64,000 nt of DNA, from contig NC_057718.1 in NCBI RefSeq assembly GCF_004010195.1, forward strand, positions 79,065,852-79,129,851, given 5' to 3'. Position numbers and translations under genes: made by a program. This DNA comes from Chiloscyllium plagiosum. Lineage: Eukaryota. Of this stretch, positions 40,731 through 53,544 are shown one piece after another; position 1 is the first letter of the stretch; each line of letters opens with the position of its first letter. Under the pieces are notes generated by a model that searched no databases, was not told where the DNA came from, and saw only the letters and a program-made list of their open reading frames with translations.

Positions 40731-42141
40731 CAGCAAATGATTACCAAACGTTCATGAACAAACATGAGAAGATTCTGACTTCATGAATATGCATGATCCT
40801 TTTAATGATTGAAATTAGCAAATATCAGAAGGTCTTTTTACTTACATTATGATGCATGAGCATACTGAGAGAAAATTAGTGAACATACATCTGGCAAATA
40901 GCTCCATAAAACTTGTGGCAGCAGATTGGTTTTCTGTTCAGTGCTGATTCTAATGTTTTTTTTTCTTGCACAAAATTGGATGGAATGTATAAACAAACAA
41001 CTGATATAACAACCTCAAAGCTTTAGATTATTTTGAAATTTTTGCTCACTTTTCCTTGCAGTGGTATTTTAGGAATTGTTCTGTTCTCCAAAATCGAGTT
41101 CTCAACTTCAATGGTAATTAGAAAGTAGCAGAGGCAAGTTGCCTGAGTACTTCTATTTTTGGTGTAGAGTGTTATCTGGACATTGACATAAATAGTATAG
41201 AGTGTTGTTTTTAAGAATGCACAAGGAATGAGAAGTAACTAGGGGAAGAAAAATAAACCATGGGAGAAGAATAGTAAAAGAGCAAGGATTGGGAAAATAG
41301 CCTTGGGGCTGGCACTCAACTTTCAGACGGTAACCGTTTCCACAGCCATGAGGTGTTTGAAATCTGAGAAGTTTCTAATGCTGTTTTCAGAAATACCTAA
41401 ATTTGTTTCTTTGTGTTCCATCAGAATACTTTCTTTCTTCTAATGTTTTGTTGCAATTCTAATGGCTATGTATTGAGAGTGTTGAAGGAACAATGGAAAA
41501 TGCTTCTAAGTTTTCAAGAATATGTTTCTGTGAACCAATTATCTAAAAGCAGGTTTATGCACAGTGCATAATTTAGAATCTGTATATAAGCTGATCGTGT
41601 CATTTTAATTTTAAGTGCCTCTCCATTGGAAGTAGCTTTTAAAGATTCAAGAAAGTGATTTTTTTGCATTATTTTCATGAGTGATCCACTTTGATGACAT
41701 TGCTAATTTTATAAAGGAGCCAACTGTTTAAACCCTTTTTCTTTTTATTTGAAAATACCCAGTTTTACGAAACTCTGCAAACTAGAAATAAGGCAAAACT
41801 TTAATCTGGCAGAAGTAAAATTTCCACTGTTTTTGCTTGGAAGGCATTCATAGAGCGCTGGTCTTGAACAGTTCAGAGTATTCATTTCTATGTATTGTCA
41901 GTTCAAATTGAGATAGGATAAACATTAATAATTCAATACATTTATTACATAATCCGTTATTTCGAGGAGAGCAGCTTCAGTAGATTGGAACTGTACAGGG
42001 TATGTATTTCTGTTATAAGATACGGTTTATTCCTTTTTTTTCTTGAAATGTCCTTGAATTTGAGTAATAGTATTAATCTGACAAAAGTTTTTGCCATGGT
42101 AATTGGGTTGTTTCCTTAATGATTTTCAACTTAATTTTCAG

Positions 42142-42303
42142 CAAGACGCATTGTTGCTGTGCAATAAGATTAGCAATGCAATTGATAGGATTGACAAGAT
42201 GTTTAGTTCTGAATTTGAAGCGGAAATGGATGAATCTGAACGTGCAACTTTACAACAGTACTACAGGGAAACCATGATTCAAAGTTATAACTTTGGTTTT
42301 GAG
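42142..42303 (+). CDS. MAP3K4: MAP3K4 coding exon (QDALLLCNKISNAIDR...YNFGFE), phase 0-0
   Basis: tttcag|CAA and GAG|gtaatg; 162 nt. Confidence 0.95.
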
Positions 42304-44029
42304 GTAATGCTCCGGTGCACTTTCCATTTGTATATGTTGTATAAAGCAATCAATAGTTTGTATGAAATATAATCTGCTGAAGGTTTTAGAAATAATGCTG
42401 TTAGTGACATCGTTTCATTTAAAAAAAAATTATTTACTAATCAACACTGCCTTATCTGGGATTACAGGTTACAGTTTCCCCACCACATTCCCCATTCTCC
42501 CAGCTGTTGCCATCAGTCTTATTTAATTATCCTTGGCTCTGGCTTAATTTCTTCAGTAAGCAATAGATGTATTACCATCTTTGTTTGAAATTTCATATTG
42601 CACCATATCTTAATTACTAATGTTAGGCAGATTCAAGTTACAACCTTGAGCCTGCAAACCTCAAATTTGTTAAGTGCTGTATAGCATGGACATTTAATGT
42701 TGTTTTCATAACTCCACTTTTGATTTTTAAGGTGCTGCTCGTGTTGTTCAGAATACCCCTTTTTTGCTGATAGTGAACTAATAAAATATAAAGAAAATAG
42801 TGATTTTTTTTTCTGGCTGATCTCCGTACCGAAGAATATTCTCTTTCTTTTTGAATATTCATCCATTAGTCATTGGCTGCGCTTTATTTTTCCAATGTCT
42901 CCACCACACTCCCTGGTACCGCTAAACAATACAGGAATGCGAATTTAATATCACTTAATATCCGAGTTGTCCCATCTAACTAGCTGCTAGAACTTTGAAT
43001 CTCGTACCAAGGTATTCCACTGTGATCATCAAAACAATTCACCTAGAGCAACGTAAATCATTCGGCACCTGCACCTTTTCTGTCATTCAGTTGGAGCTGT
43101 GTCTCAGTTCTACTTGGGTACCTTTGTTTGATATCTAATGATGCCTTAACTTGACAATTTATCAATATCAGTCTTGATAATTGAAATTGACAGGATTTGT
43201 GCCCTTTAAGGAGCAAATTCTAGATTTCCATTATCTTTTCTGTGGGAACTGTTTCCTGATTTCACTTCTGAAAGGCCGAGTTAGAATTTTACGATTGAAA
43301 CTACTGCCTCAGGTTGGGACTCTATGTGTCCATGCTGTTCGCATTAAATAATGGAGAAGCTTTTCATTTCACTCTTGAAAATAAAATCAAATTTATACTG
43401 TTTGTTCTTTTAAGTGATCATTGTTTTTAGGTAAATGTGCTGCATATCTCTTCCCATGTCAGTATATACGTCCTGAGTATGGTGTCCAAAGCTGAATATA
43501 GTATTCCAGGTTGAACCGGAATAAATCTCTATAAACTGATTTTTATTCTATCTGGAGTTAGTTAGTTTATAGACCAATGTTAGTTTAACTTCCTTAGATT
43601 ATCTTTTGTAGCTGTGCAGTAACATTTGGTGGTTTATGTACAAGAACAGCATATCTGTTTGGTCCCCACAGTTCCTAAGCTTCTATTAATGTATTTGGGT
43701 TTTACTTTCTCAAATCATCAGAAATAGGAACGGTAGTCCACGAAAATCCTCAAGCCTGCTCTACCTTGCACTTATATCTTCACTGATCTGACTTAAGAGT
43801 CTTCTTGGAAGAAAATGATGTTATTGTTGGAAAATTTGTGAAATCTGGTCTTTAACTAAATTGAGTTACAATGTCTCAGCCTTTCGTAGGGAAGAAAATT
43901 CCAAAGATGATTAACCCTTCAGAAAAGAGAAAAAGTTTATTGAAGACAACTGGAGTCAGAAACGTGGAAGTTATAATGCGGAAACAAAGATGGCAGTTCA
44001 ATAGACTCTGGAACAGTTTCTGCGGATTG

Positions 44030-45680
44030 AAGGGTATAGCCCCGTTATTTAAAACAGGAGGTAGAGACAAAATATACTAGTTAGCCTGATTGGTGGTGGG
44101 AAAACGTTAGAATCTATTAATTTAAAAAATGAACAGCAGAACACTTGGAAATCAGTGACAGGATTAAACAGTTAGCATGGATTTATTGATGGAAAATAAT
44201 GCTTGATAAAGTTACTGGAATTTTTTGAGGATGTAACCAGCAGAGTTCATAAGGGGCAGGGAATGGATTGGTTTACTTGGACTTGCAAAAGTTTTTTGAT
44301 AAGATCCCACATAAGAAGTTAACATATAAAAGTAAAGGATATATGACTGGGGGTTAGTGTAGTGAGATGAATAGAGAACTGGTTGGTAGACTGAAAATGA
44401 GTAGGAATGAACAGGTCTTTATCTGAGTGGCAGGTGGTGACTAGTCATATACTGCAGGGTTCAGTGATTGGACCCCAGCTATTCACAATAGATATTAATA
44501 ATTTAGAAAAGAGAAATAAGTGTGATATCTCCAAGTTTGCAGAAAACACAGTGCTAGTATGAAAGTGTGCTTTGAGGATGCAAAGGTGCTTCATAGAGTA
44601 TAGTCCAAAACAATCCAGTCTTTCTTCAAATCTCAGTCTGGTAAAGTGCATAACTGATGAAATATGCTGTAGATAGATTGTAACACTACCCACTTTGTTC
44701 GCAAAAACAGGAAGACAGACTTATCTGAATGGCAATAGATTGAGAAAGAGGGAAGTACAAGAAGACCTGGGTGTTCTTGGACACCAGGTGGAGGTGCAGA
44801 TGCAGCAGGCGTTGAAGGCAAATCGCAGAATCTGAATTGTTATGGCACAGAAGGATAACATTTGGCCTGTTGAACTACACTGATTCTGTTGCCCAGTGCA
44901 GCATTCTACCTTTCACCAATATCCCTGCATTCCATTTCTATCCACATGCCCTCTTCAGTGCCTCAGTTGAACATGCCTCCACATTTCAAGGCAATGTAAT
45001 CAATTTTCTAACTACTATGTGAAAATGTTTTTTCTTGCATCATGCTTGCTTCATTTGCACATCACTTTAAATGATAAGTGCCTTCATAGGCAGATGAATC
45101 AAATGCAGAAGCAGGGATATCTTCCAGTGGTGCAGCGTCTTGGTGAGACCACACCTTGAATATTGTGTGCAGTTTTGGCCTCTATTTGAAGTGTGGGGGA
45201 AGGATGCACTACCTATGGAGGAAATGCAGTGAAGGTTTACCCATTCACTTGGACCCAATCTACCATCTTCTGAGAAAAAGAACAGGAAATGATGTCAGCA
45301 CAGGAAATGGCACCACCAACCCAAGGAAATCTAAACACATAAATAGAAAGCGAGACATAATACCAGTGCTTCACTGGAGTCTCACTAATGATGTTACCTA
45401 GTATGGTGATGAAATGTCTGAAAATGAACCTTGCAGCTCAATGAGCAAGCTTACATCCAGAAGGTTTACTGGATGAGGTATGTGGAAAGACTGGATTGTT
45501 TAGGACTATACTAATTGGAGTTTAGAAGAATAAGGAGGAATCTCATTGTAAAATTCCAACAGAATTAGGCAGGGTAAGGGCAGGAAGGCTGTTCTGAATG
45601 ACCAGGGAGTTCTCTAAGGATACAAATAAGCTATATAGGATGGAGATTAGTCATTTCTTCACCCTGAAAGGGGTCCTTAT
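44030..45680 (+). mobile_element. Decayed CR1 RT region with nested inserts, including a Penelope-like fragment at 45241-45459
   Basis: PLFKTGGRDK, GSVIGPQLFTI and ISKFA motifs; insert flanked by the TSD gaaggtttac (45231-45240, 45460-45469). Confidence 0.75.
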
Positions 45681-46479
45681 TTTTTATTATTAATTCCCCA
45701 GCCTCATTCTCTAAGGGATCAGTGCTAACTTTAATTACTCATTACTTTTTTTATATGCTTGTTTAAGCTTTTATTATCTATTTTTATATTCCTTGCTACC
45801 TTGCTCTTGCACTCCTGCTTTCTCCCTTTTTTTTTAAAGCCATCCTTTGCTGATTTCTAAAATGCTTCCAATTTTTTGATGAACCATTTAATCTTTACAA
45901 CAATGTTTTTTTTCTCTTTCTATTTGAGACCATTCTTAACTACTTTACTTGGTCACAGATGATGTTTCCTCCTCAGAAGTCTTTCATTCCCAGAACAATA
46001 CAAACTTGTTGAAATTATGAATTGTCTCTTTAAATGCCTGTCTCCACTTCTCCATAGTCTTACTTTTTTTCCCAATCCGCTTTTACCAAACCTCTACATT
46101 TCCTTGTAAGTTTGAGACAATATTTTCAGACCATATAAAGCTAAAATTTCTCATTCACAAACTAAATGTAAAATCTTGATATTATGATCACTCTGCTGTT
46201 TTGAATGCACTCAACTGATCCACCGTGCGATCTCTGTCAATTTAACATGTCAGTCTTTGTAAAGATTAAAATTCCCATGATTGTTACAGTGCTGTTGTTA
46301 CTTGCTCTTATTATGACTTGATTTATATTCTCTCATACAGTGTAACTATTGTTCGGAGGCCTGATAGTACTAATTACTTCTTTCCTTGACTATTTCTTCT
46401 CTCCATCAAACTGATTTTCCTTCCTGGCACACTTAGGTTTATCATTACCCATATTGCCATATCCTATAACCTTTCATAC

Positions 46480-47130
46480 AAGAGGACTTGGGTTATTTGT
46501 GCATGAAACACAGAAAACTAGCACACAAATGCAGTAGGTGATCAAGAAGGCTAATGGAAAGTTGGCCCTTATTTCAAGGGAATTGGAATATAAGAATAGG
46601 GAAATCTTTGTGCAAATGCGCAGGTGGCTGCTGAGACCACATCTAGAATACTTTGTACGATTTTTGTCCTTTTTAATGGAGGCAGTTCAGAGAACGTTTA
46701 TGACACTGATACCTAGAATGGAGGGGTTGCCCTATGAGTGAAGCTTAAACAGGTTGGGAGTCAACTCCACTGGACTTTAGCAGAATGAAAGGTGATCTGA
46801 TTGAAATATATGAGATTCATTAAGAGTTTGATGGGTTAAATGCTGAGAGGATGTTTCTCCCTCATGGGAAACTCTAGGACCAGAGGTCGTAGTCTCAGAA
46901 TAAAGTGCTGCTAATTTAAGACTGAGGTGAGCAGTTTCTTCTTTCACAGGGCTGAGAGTCCTTGCCACAGAGAGCTATGCACAAAGTCCTTGTGTATATT
47001 TAAGTCAGAGATGGATAGATTCTTAATCAGTTGGGGAATTGAACTTTACAGGAAAAGTGGACTTGAGGAATGTCAGATCAGCCATGATCCTATTTGAATG
47101 GTAGAGGAGGCTTGATAGGCTAAATGATTC
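46480..47130 (+). mobile_element. CR1 3' fragment
   Basis: ORF 46538..46741 (KKANGKLALISRELEYK...RPHLEY). Confidence 0.85.
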
Positions 47131-47699
47131 AACCGTGCAGATATCCAGCATGTGAAACAGTCTTCTCCTCCCTCTCAAATTCCAGCCAAAGCAACAAGAA
47201 AAGTTTAATTTAAAGCCCTTTGTACAGAATTTGCTAAATCACCAACCTGCATGCAGACCAATGGAAGGCTGTTCCGGAAGTACAGCCCTCTTTCCCTCAT
47301 CCATTTTTCACTCCCAGATTGATCTTTCTCACTTTCCCCCAATCCCATTGAATATGATCAAAAAAACCAAAATAGCTGTGGTTGCTGGAAATCAGAAACA
47401 AAAGCAGATGTTGCTGGTGAAACGCAGCAGGTCTGACAGCATGTGTGGAAAGAAAGCAGAACTAATGGTTGGGGTTCAGGGACCCTTCTTCCCACAGACT
47501 TGAGTTTTTATAAGAAATCCCTTCGTCAGTGCAGTTCTTAGATCTTGTAAAACATTTATTTATTGAGCAGTGTGTTTTGGGAGGATTGTTTCATGCTTCC
47601 ATTTCTTTTGCAAAAGAAATTTGGTAGTTACAGGTTGAAGTATAAGATCTCAATGTACTTGTACCTATAAATATTTTAGAATAACTTCTGTCTTTTCAG

Positions 47700-47833
47700 T
47701 ATCACAAAGAAGTTGTGCGTCTAATGTCTGGAGAATTCAGGCAGAAAATGGGGGACAAATTTATAAACTTTGCTAGAAAATGGATGACGTATGTGCTCAC
47801 AAAATGTGAAAGCGGAAGGGGAACAAGACCCAG
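47700..47833 (+). CDS. MAP3K4: MAP3K4 coding exon (YHKEVVRLMSGEFRQK...CESGRGTRP-R), phase 0-2
   Basis: tttcag|TAT and AG|gttgga; 134 nt, hand-translated. Confidence 0.95.
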
Positions 47834-47914
47834 GTTGGAAATATTCTTATGAAGTTATGTTTTTGAGTGTCGTCTTATCAGTATTATCCTCCTAATGTTG
47901 TGATCTGTTTGCAG

Positions 47915-47993
47915 ATGGGCAACTCAAGGCTTTGATTTCCTTCAGGCAATCGAAGCAGTATTTATTTCAGCTCTTCCAGAAGATGACTTTGTG
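47915..47993 (+). CDS. MAP3K4: MAP3K4 coding exon (WATQGFDFLQAIEAVFISALPEDDFV), phase 2-0
   Basis: ttgcag|A and GTG|gtaaat; 79 nt; preceded by an 81-nt intron. Confidence 0.95.
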
Positions 47994-48119
47994 GTAAATT
48001 GGCTTTATTGACTTGTAAATAATTATTCCCACCTTTTGTGGTCAATACAATATGTTGCCTGGTAGTTATGTTTCAGTGTTTTGTTAGTAAATTGGGTAGG
48101 ATCAAAGTTGTATGGTGTT

Positions 48120-48390
48120 GCATTCCAGTTGCCTTGAAGGATTTTACATTCAATTAAGTACATTTAAAATCTATTGTAATGTAGGAAATATTGCAGCTAA
48201 TTTACACACAGCAAGGTCCCTGAAATAACAATAAGTTAACTAATGAGAATATTTTTCAAGCCTATTTATTGGCCAGAGCACAAGCAAGCGCTCCATTTTT
48301 GCTCCTGTTTAAAGTACTGCAATGCCCTTTTTTTCACGTGAACTTGAAGGAGGAGACTGAGTCTCATCTGAAAGATGGAAATTGCAATCC
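48120..48390 (-). mobile_element. Probable Deu-domain SINE (SacSINE1/AmnSINE-like) remnant
   Basis: ttgtaatgtaggaaatattgcagctaatttacacacagcaagg and ctcatctgaaagatgg resemble recalled DeuSINE sequence. Confidence 0.45.
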
Positions 48391-48851
48391 TGCTCATGAA
48401 TTAAAATATCGTACTACATTCCTCATTTGTCTTTCACTTTTTAAAAAGTGTGAAACCGAGGGCAATGTTTATAATAACCATTCTTTATTTTTCATTACAA
48501 ACAATTAACAGATCAAATTACATTTTACTGGTTTGGTCGGTTCACTTTGCCACAATCTTTTTGTGCCATATTTATGCAGATTTTTACTTATTGAGATACA
48601 GTTCAGTAAGATCTCTAATTCGTGTTGTTATGGTACAGAGTCTGATTCCTACAACGTTGTGTCCTTATCTTATTTGAGACCACCCTTAACTTTATTTAGA
48701 AGCTCTTACTTCTCAGAAGTCTTTCATTCTCTGTGTCATGGGGTTCCAATGGTACTTTCTATTACTTGAATCTTGGACGAGTAAGCTGATTGAATTCTCC
48801 ACAGTTATTTGATCTCTAGTATTGAGATGTACCTTTTTTTACTTTTTGCAG

Positions 48852-48918
48852 AGTTTGCAGTCTCTAATGAATGAGTGCATCGGTCATGTGATAGGAAAGC
48901 CTCATAGCCCTGTGACAG
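48852..48918 (+). CDS. MAP3K4: MAP3K4 coding exon (SLQSLMNECIGHVIGKPHSPVT-G), phase 0-1
   Basis: ttgcag|AGT and G|gttagt; 67 nt. Confidence 0.94.
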
Positions 48919-49285
48919 GTTAGTGTTCTGTGTAGTATAATTAATAAAGCTGGTTACTGTAATGTTTTGTGTCTTTTCATTTTTAGTTTGAAGCAAAGTA
49001 CTCAAGATGCTGGCAATCTGAAATATAAATCGAACATGCTTTATAAACTCAGATCACATAGTATCTGAGAAGAGCAAGAAAGAAATGTTTAGCTTTACGG
49101 CGATAGCTATTGTATTTGTTTCACTTCACAGATGATGTCATACCTGTTGGGTATTTAATGCATTTTTAGTTAATATTTTGAAATCTATCCATTCTATGCC
49201 AAAAATGACCAATTCTATATTTCTACTCCCACTCCTTTAAATAAATTTCTGGTTTCAGATTTAGACAAGTCTTCATAGAATCCCT

Positions 49286-49604
49286 GCAGCATGGTGCACA
49301 GTGGTTAGCACTGCTGCCTCACAGTACCAGGGTCCTAGGTTCGATTCCAGCCTCAGGCGACTGTCTATGTGGAGTTTGCATGTTCTCCTCATGTCTGCGT
49401 GGGTTTCCTCCGGGTGTTCCAGTTTCCTTCCACAGTCCAAAGATGTGCAGGTCAGATGAATCGACCATGTTAAATTGCCCATACTGTTAAGTGCATTAGT
49501 CAGAGGGGAATGGATCTGGATGAGTTACTCTGGATGGGTCGGTGTGGACTGGTTGGGCTGAGGGACCTGTTTCCACACTGTCAGAAATCTAATCTAATCT
49601 AATC
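49286..49604 (+). mobile_element. Full-length HE1-like V-SINE with (AATCT)n tail
   Basis: A box tggtgcacagtgg, B box ggttcgattcc, V-domain gtgggtttcctccgggtgttccagtttccttccacagtccaaaga. Confidence 0.9.
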
Positions 49605-49911
49605 AATGTGGAAACAGACCATTCGTTCTGTCAAGTCCACATCAACCTGCCAAAGAACACGCAACCCAGACCCAGCAGCCGCGTCCCCAACCCTGTAATC
49701 CTGTATTTGTCATTGCTAATCTCCCTAGCATTGTCAATCCACCTAACCTGCACATCTTTGGACTATGGGAGGAAACTGGACCACCCAGAGGAAGCCTATG
49801 CAGACATAGGGAGAACATGCAAATTCCACATAAAGTTGCCAGAGCTCAGTTGAGCTCAGATCCCTGGTGTTGTGAGGCAGCAGTGCTAACCACTGAGTCA
49901 CTGTGCTGCCC
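49605..49911 (-). mobile_element. HE1-like SINE; its tail continues at 49274-49285
   Basis: Reverse complement of the adjacent + copy; head gtgctaaccactgagtcactgtgctgccc. Confidence 0.85.
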
Positions 49912-49994
49912 AATCTTGGCGATTAACTGTCAAATATCATGAGCTAATGCACTGTCTATGGCAACACATAAACCAGTTACAATGCACTTGGCGT

Positions 49995-50632
49995 CATACA
50001 ACATGGAAGCAAACCCTTCGGCCCAACTCGTACATGTCAAACAGGTTTTCTAAACTGAACTAATCCCGTTTGGCCCATATCCCTCGAAAGCTTTCCTATT
50101 CATGTGCCTGTCCATGTCTTTTAAATATTGTAATTGTACCCACCTCTACCAGTTTTCTCTGGCAGCTCGTTCCATTTACGCACCAACTGTGTGTGAGAAA
50201 GTGTTCCCTCTTTTACCCTTTAAATCTTTCCCCTTTCACCTTCAACCTATTCCCTCTATTTTTGGACTCCCATTCCTGGGGAAAAGATCTTGGCAACTTA
50301 ATATTATCTATGCCCCGTTTATAAACCTCCATAAAGTCATCCCTCAATCTCCTAACTCCGGTGGGGGGGGAGAAAAGTCCAAGCCTATCCAGCCTCTCCT
50401 TATGACTGAAACCTTCCAGTGTTGGTAATATCTTTGTAAATCTTCTTTGCACCCTTTCCAATTTAATAACATCCTTCCTGTAGTAGGATGATCAGAATTG
50501 TACACAGTACTGCAAACAAGGCCTTGACGATGTCTTGTACAGCTGTAACATGACATCCCAACTTCTGTTCTCAGTCTTCTGACTGATGAAGGTGAGTGTG
50601 CTAAACACCACCTTAATCATCTGTCTACCTGT
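49995..50632 (-). mobile_element. CR1 3' fragment
   Basis: ORF 50213..50461 (ERVQRRFTK...ERLDRLGLFS). Confidence 0.88.
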
Positions 50633-51266
50633 GTACTTGTAAGTAGTACAAATATTTACTCAGTACTGACCTCTCATGCAGTATATATGTTGGATTTTTT
50701 TTTCCTCTGAAGTTATTATTCTAACAAATTGTCCTGATGAGTGCAAGAAAGCCTTCATCAAAAATGTATTTTATTTTTCACAATATTCAAATGTTGTTGA
50801 GTTGGCAAACTGTCATTTTGTACTTTCAGTTACAATATGTTTTTAAAAAAATACTTGCAGGGGGTCTCTTGCCATTACTGTTCAACACACTCTCTTGCTA
50901 TCTAGATGTCCCCACAAACTTGTCTGGACTTTAACAAGCACAAATTGAATTTACATAAAATAATGAGCATTGGCAATAAGATGGTGTTAGTCATACAATT
51001 GCTGTTTACCTGGTTGATATTCTAAGTCAGCAAGTTTTTTTCCTCTTGATGAGCCACTACTATTTGAAATTGTCAGTTCAGCTAGCATTTCTGAAGCCAT
51101 TCAAAGAACTTTTAAAATAAAAACTAAATAATTCAGTATCGGTGATTTTAGTGTTTTTATTTCTCTTGGAAAACTTGACCACATTTTCTTTCATATGGGA
51201 GCAGAATTAGATCAATCAGCCCAATGCATCTACTCCGCTATTCAATCCAGGCTGATCTGCTTCTCA

Positions 51267-51475
51267 GCTGAAAATGTGTTGCTGGAAAAGCGCAGCAGGT
51301 CAGGAACAGGAGAATCGACGTTTCGGGCATAAGCCCTAGAGGAATGAGCCCTGAAGAAGGGCTTATGCCCGAAACGTCGATTCTGCTGTTCCTTGGATGC
51401 TGCCTGACCTGCTGCGCTTTTCCAGCAACACATTTTCAGCTCTGATCTCCAGCATCTGCAGTCCTCACTTTCTCC
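51267..51475 (+). mobile_element. Young fold-back Penelope-like mini-element with a hammerhead core and a 15-bp TSD
   Basis: TSD ctgatctgcttctca at 51252-51266 and 51476-51490; inverted arms 51266-51337 and 51358-51441. Confidence 0.85.
51351..51383 (+). ncRNA. Minimal type I hammerhead ribozyme motif (Penelope-associated)
   Basis: CUGAAGA-A-GGGC(UUAU)GCCC-GAAA-CGUC; helix I is poorly formed in this copy and activity is unknown. Confidence 0.55.
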
Positions 51476-53447
51476 CTGATCTGCTTCTCAACCTCATTCT
51501 CTTGCCTTCTTCCTATAACCCTTGATCCCCTTACTTGTGAAGAAAATATCTATCTCAGTCTTAAATATACTCAAAAACATGGCCTTCACAGCCCTCTATG
51601 GCAATGAGTTCCACAGATGCACTATCTTCTGATTGAAGAAATTCCTCCTCATCTCAGCCTTAAAGGGTCGTCTCTTCATTCTGAGGCTGTGCAGTCGAGT
51701 CCTAGCTTCCTCCATGTGGAAACATCTCCAAATTCACTGTATCCAGGTCTCTCTGTATTCCGTGTGTTTTAATCAGATCTTCCCTCACCCATCTAAACTC
51801 CCAAGTACAGACTCAGAGTCCATAGCCACTCCTTATATGACAAGTCCTTCCACCCTGGGAACTACTTGTAAACTTCCTCTGGGCCACCTCCTACTTCAGT
51901 ACATCCTTCCTGAGATATAAGGCCCGTATTTCACCGTATTTCAAAAACAAAGTGCACAACCTCACATTTTCCCACATTGTATTCCATCTGCCACCTTCTT
52001 GCCCACTCGCTTAGCCTGTCCATGTCCTTCTGCAGCCTCCTGGCTTCCTCAACACCACTAGTCCCTCCACCTATCTTTGTGTCATCTACAAACTTAGCAA
52101 TAATGCCCTCAATTCCTTCATCCAGATCCTTAATGGATAAGGTGAATAGTTGTGATCCTATCTGTGACCTAATTTCCACAGGTAACCAACTGCCATCCTA
52201 AAAAAAAAATTCCCCCCCCCACTCTGCCTTCTGCCAGTCAGCTAATCCTCTGCCCATGTCAGTACCTTGCCCTTAAGACTATGGGCTTTTATCTTATTTA
52301 GTAACCTCCTGTGTGACACCTTGTCAAAGGTCTTCTGGAAATCCAAATAGATCACATCACTGGCTCTCCTTTGTCTAACTTCCTCATTACCTCCTCAAAG
52401 AATTCTAACAGATTTGTCAGGCATGGCCACCCCTTGGTGAAGCCATGCTGACCCAGTCCTATTTTACCACGCACTTGCAAGTAGTTCGCAATCTCCTCCT
52501 TAATAATCAACTCTTAAAAATATACCAATGACAGGTTACGTTAACCGCCCTATAATTTTCTTTGTTCTGTCTCCCTGCCGCCTTAAATGGAGGTGTTACA
52601 TTCGCCATTCCTCTGGGACCCTGCCGACTCTAGTGATTCTTTAAAGGTCACCACCAGTGACTCCACAATCTCTTCAGCTATCTCCTTCAGAACTCTGGTG
52701 TGTAGTCCATCTGGTCTGGGTGATTTATCCTCCTTCAAATCTTTTCAGCTTCTCCAGCACCTTTTCTTTAGTAATAGCTACTACATTCACATCCGCCCTA
52801 CCACCTCTGACTTTTTGAAATACAACTTTTATGTCAATAAACGCAAAATAATATTGAAATATATTAATAAACTTCAATATTGAATCAACCTTTGTAAAAC
52901 AAAATTATATTAAACAACATAAAAGTCCAGTTAACATTTTGCTGACGTAAATCATCAAATAAGCTAATACAAAACAGTTTGAAGTAAGATTTATGTCATT
53001 GCTAAACTTTTTTTTTAATATAAAGTACTTGTCTTTTCGACTCTTTGAAAAATCTCTCCAGTAAGTTTTACTCTTCCTTCCATGGCCCACCAAATTAACC
53101 CTTTTCTTGTATTCATCGAATTCCACTTTGAAAGTTCCTGTTGGCCCTGCTTCCAGCACTGTTTCAGGCAGTGAGTTCCAGATTATAACTTGTTGCTTAA
53201 TTTTTTTTGTGTATATTTATATGCATTATATCCTTTTGGATCATCTAGTGTATGCAGCATATGAAAGAACTCACCCCACTTGTTGTCGTCATGCTTTATA
53301 CTCAAGCTAACTGCATTAATTAATTTCACAGCAGTATTAGTTCTTGTTTGCAAGCTCTCTCATATTTTCTTAGAAGTATTATTAATGATAATGTTGTTAC
53401 TCCAGTATATAAGTGACCTTGTATTAACTACAATTTGCATCTTCCAG

Positions 53448-53544
53448 GAATTCATAGGAATAGTCCTCGTCCTATCAAAGTACCTCGATGCCATAGTGAC
53501 CCACCAAATCCTCATCTCATCATCCCGGCACCTGAGGGATTCAG
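53448..53544 (+). CDS. MAP3K4: MAP3K4 coding exon (IHRNSPRPIKVPRCHSDPPNPHLIIPAPEGF), phase 1-2
   Basis: ttccag|GA and AG|gtaaaa; 97 nt; last confidently identified exon in the window. Confidence 0.94.

Larger units (their letters stand above)
51190..52800 (-). mobile_element. CR1 ORF2 and 3' end
   Basis: ORF 51931..52179 (IAKFVDDTKIGG...WARRWQMEYNVGKCEVVHF). Confidence 0.9.

Noticed and set aside
49286..49360. tRNA-like A and B boxes
   Set aside because: Head of an HE1-like SINE continuing into the V-domain; not a tRNA gene.
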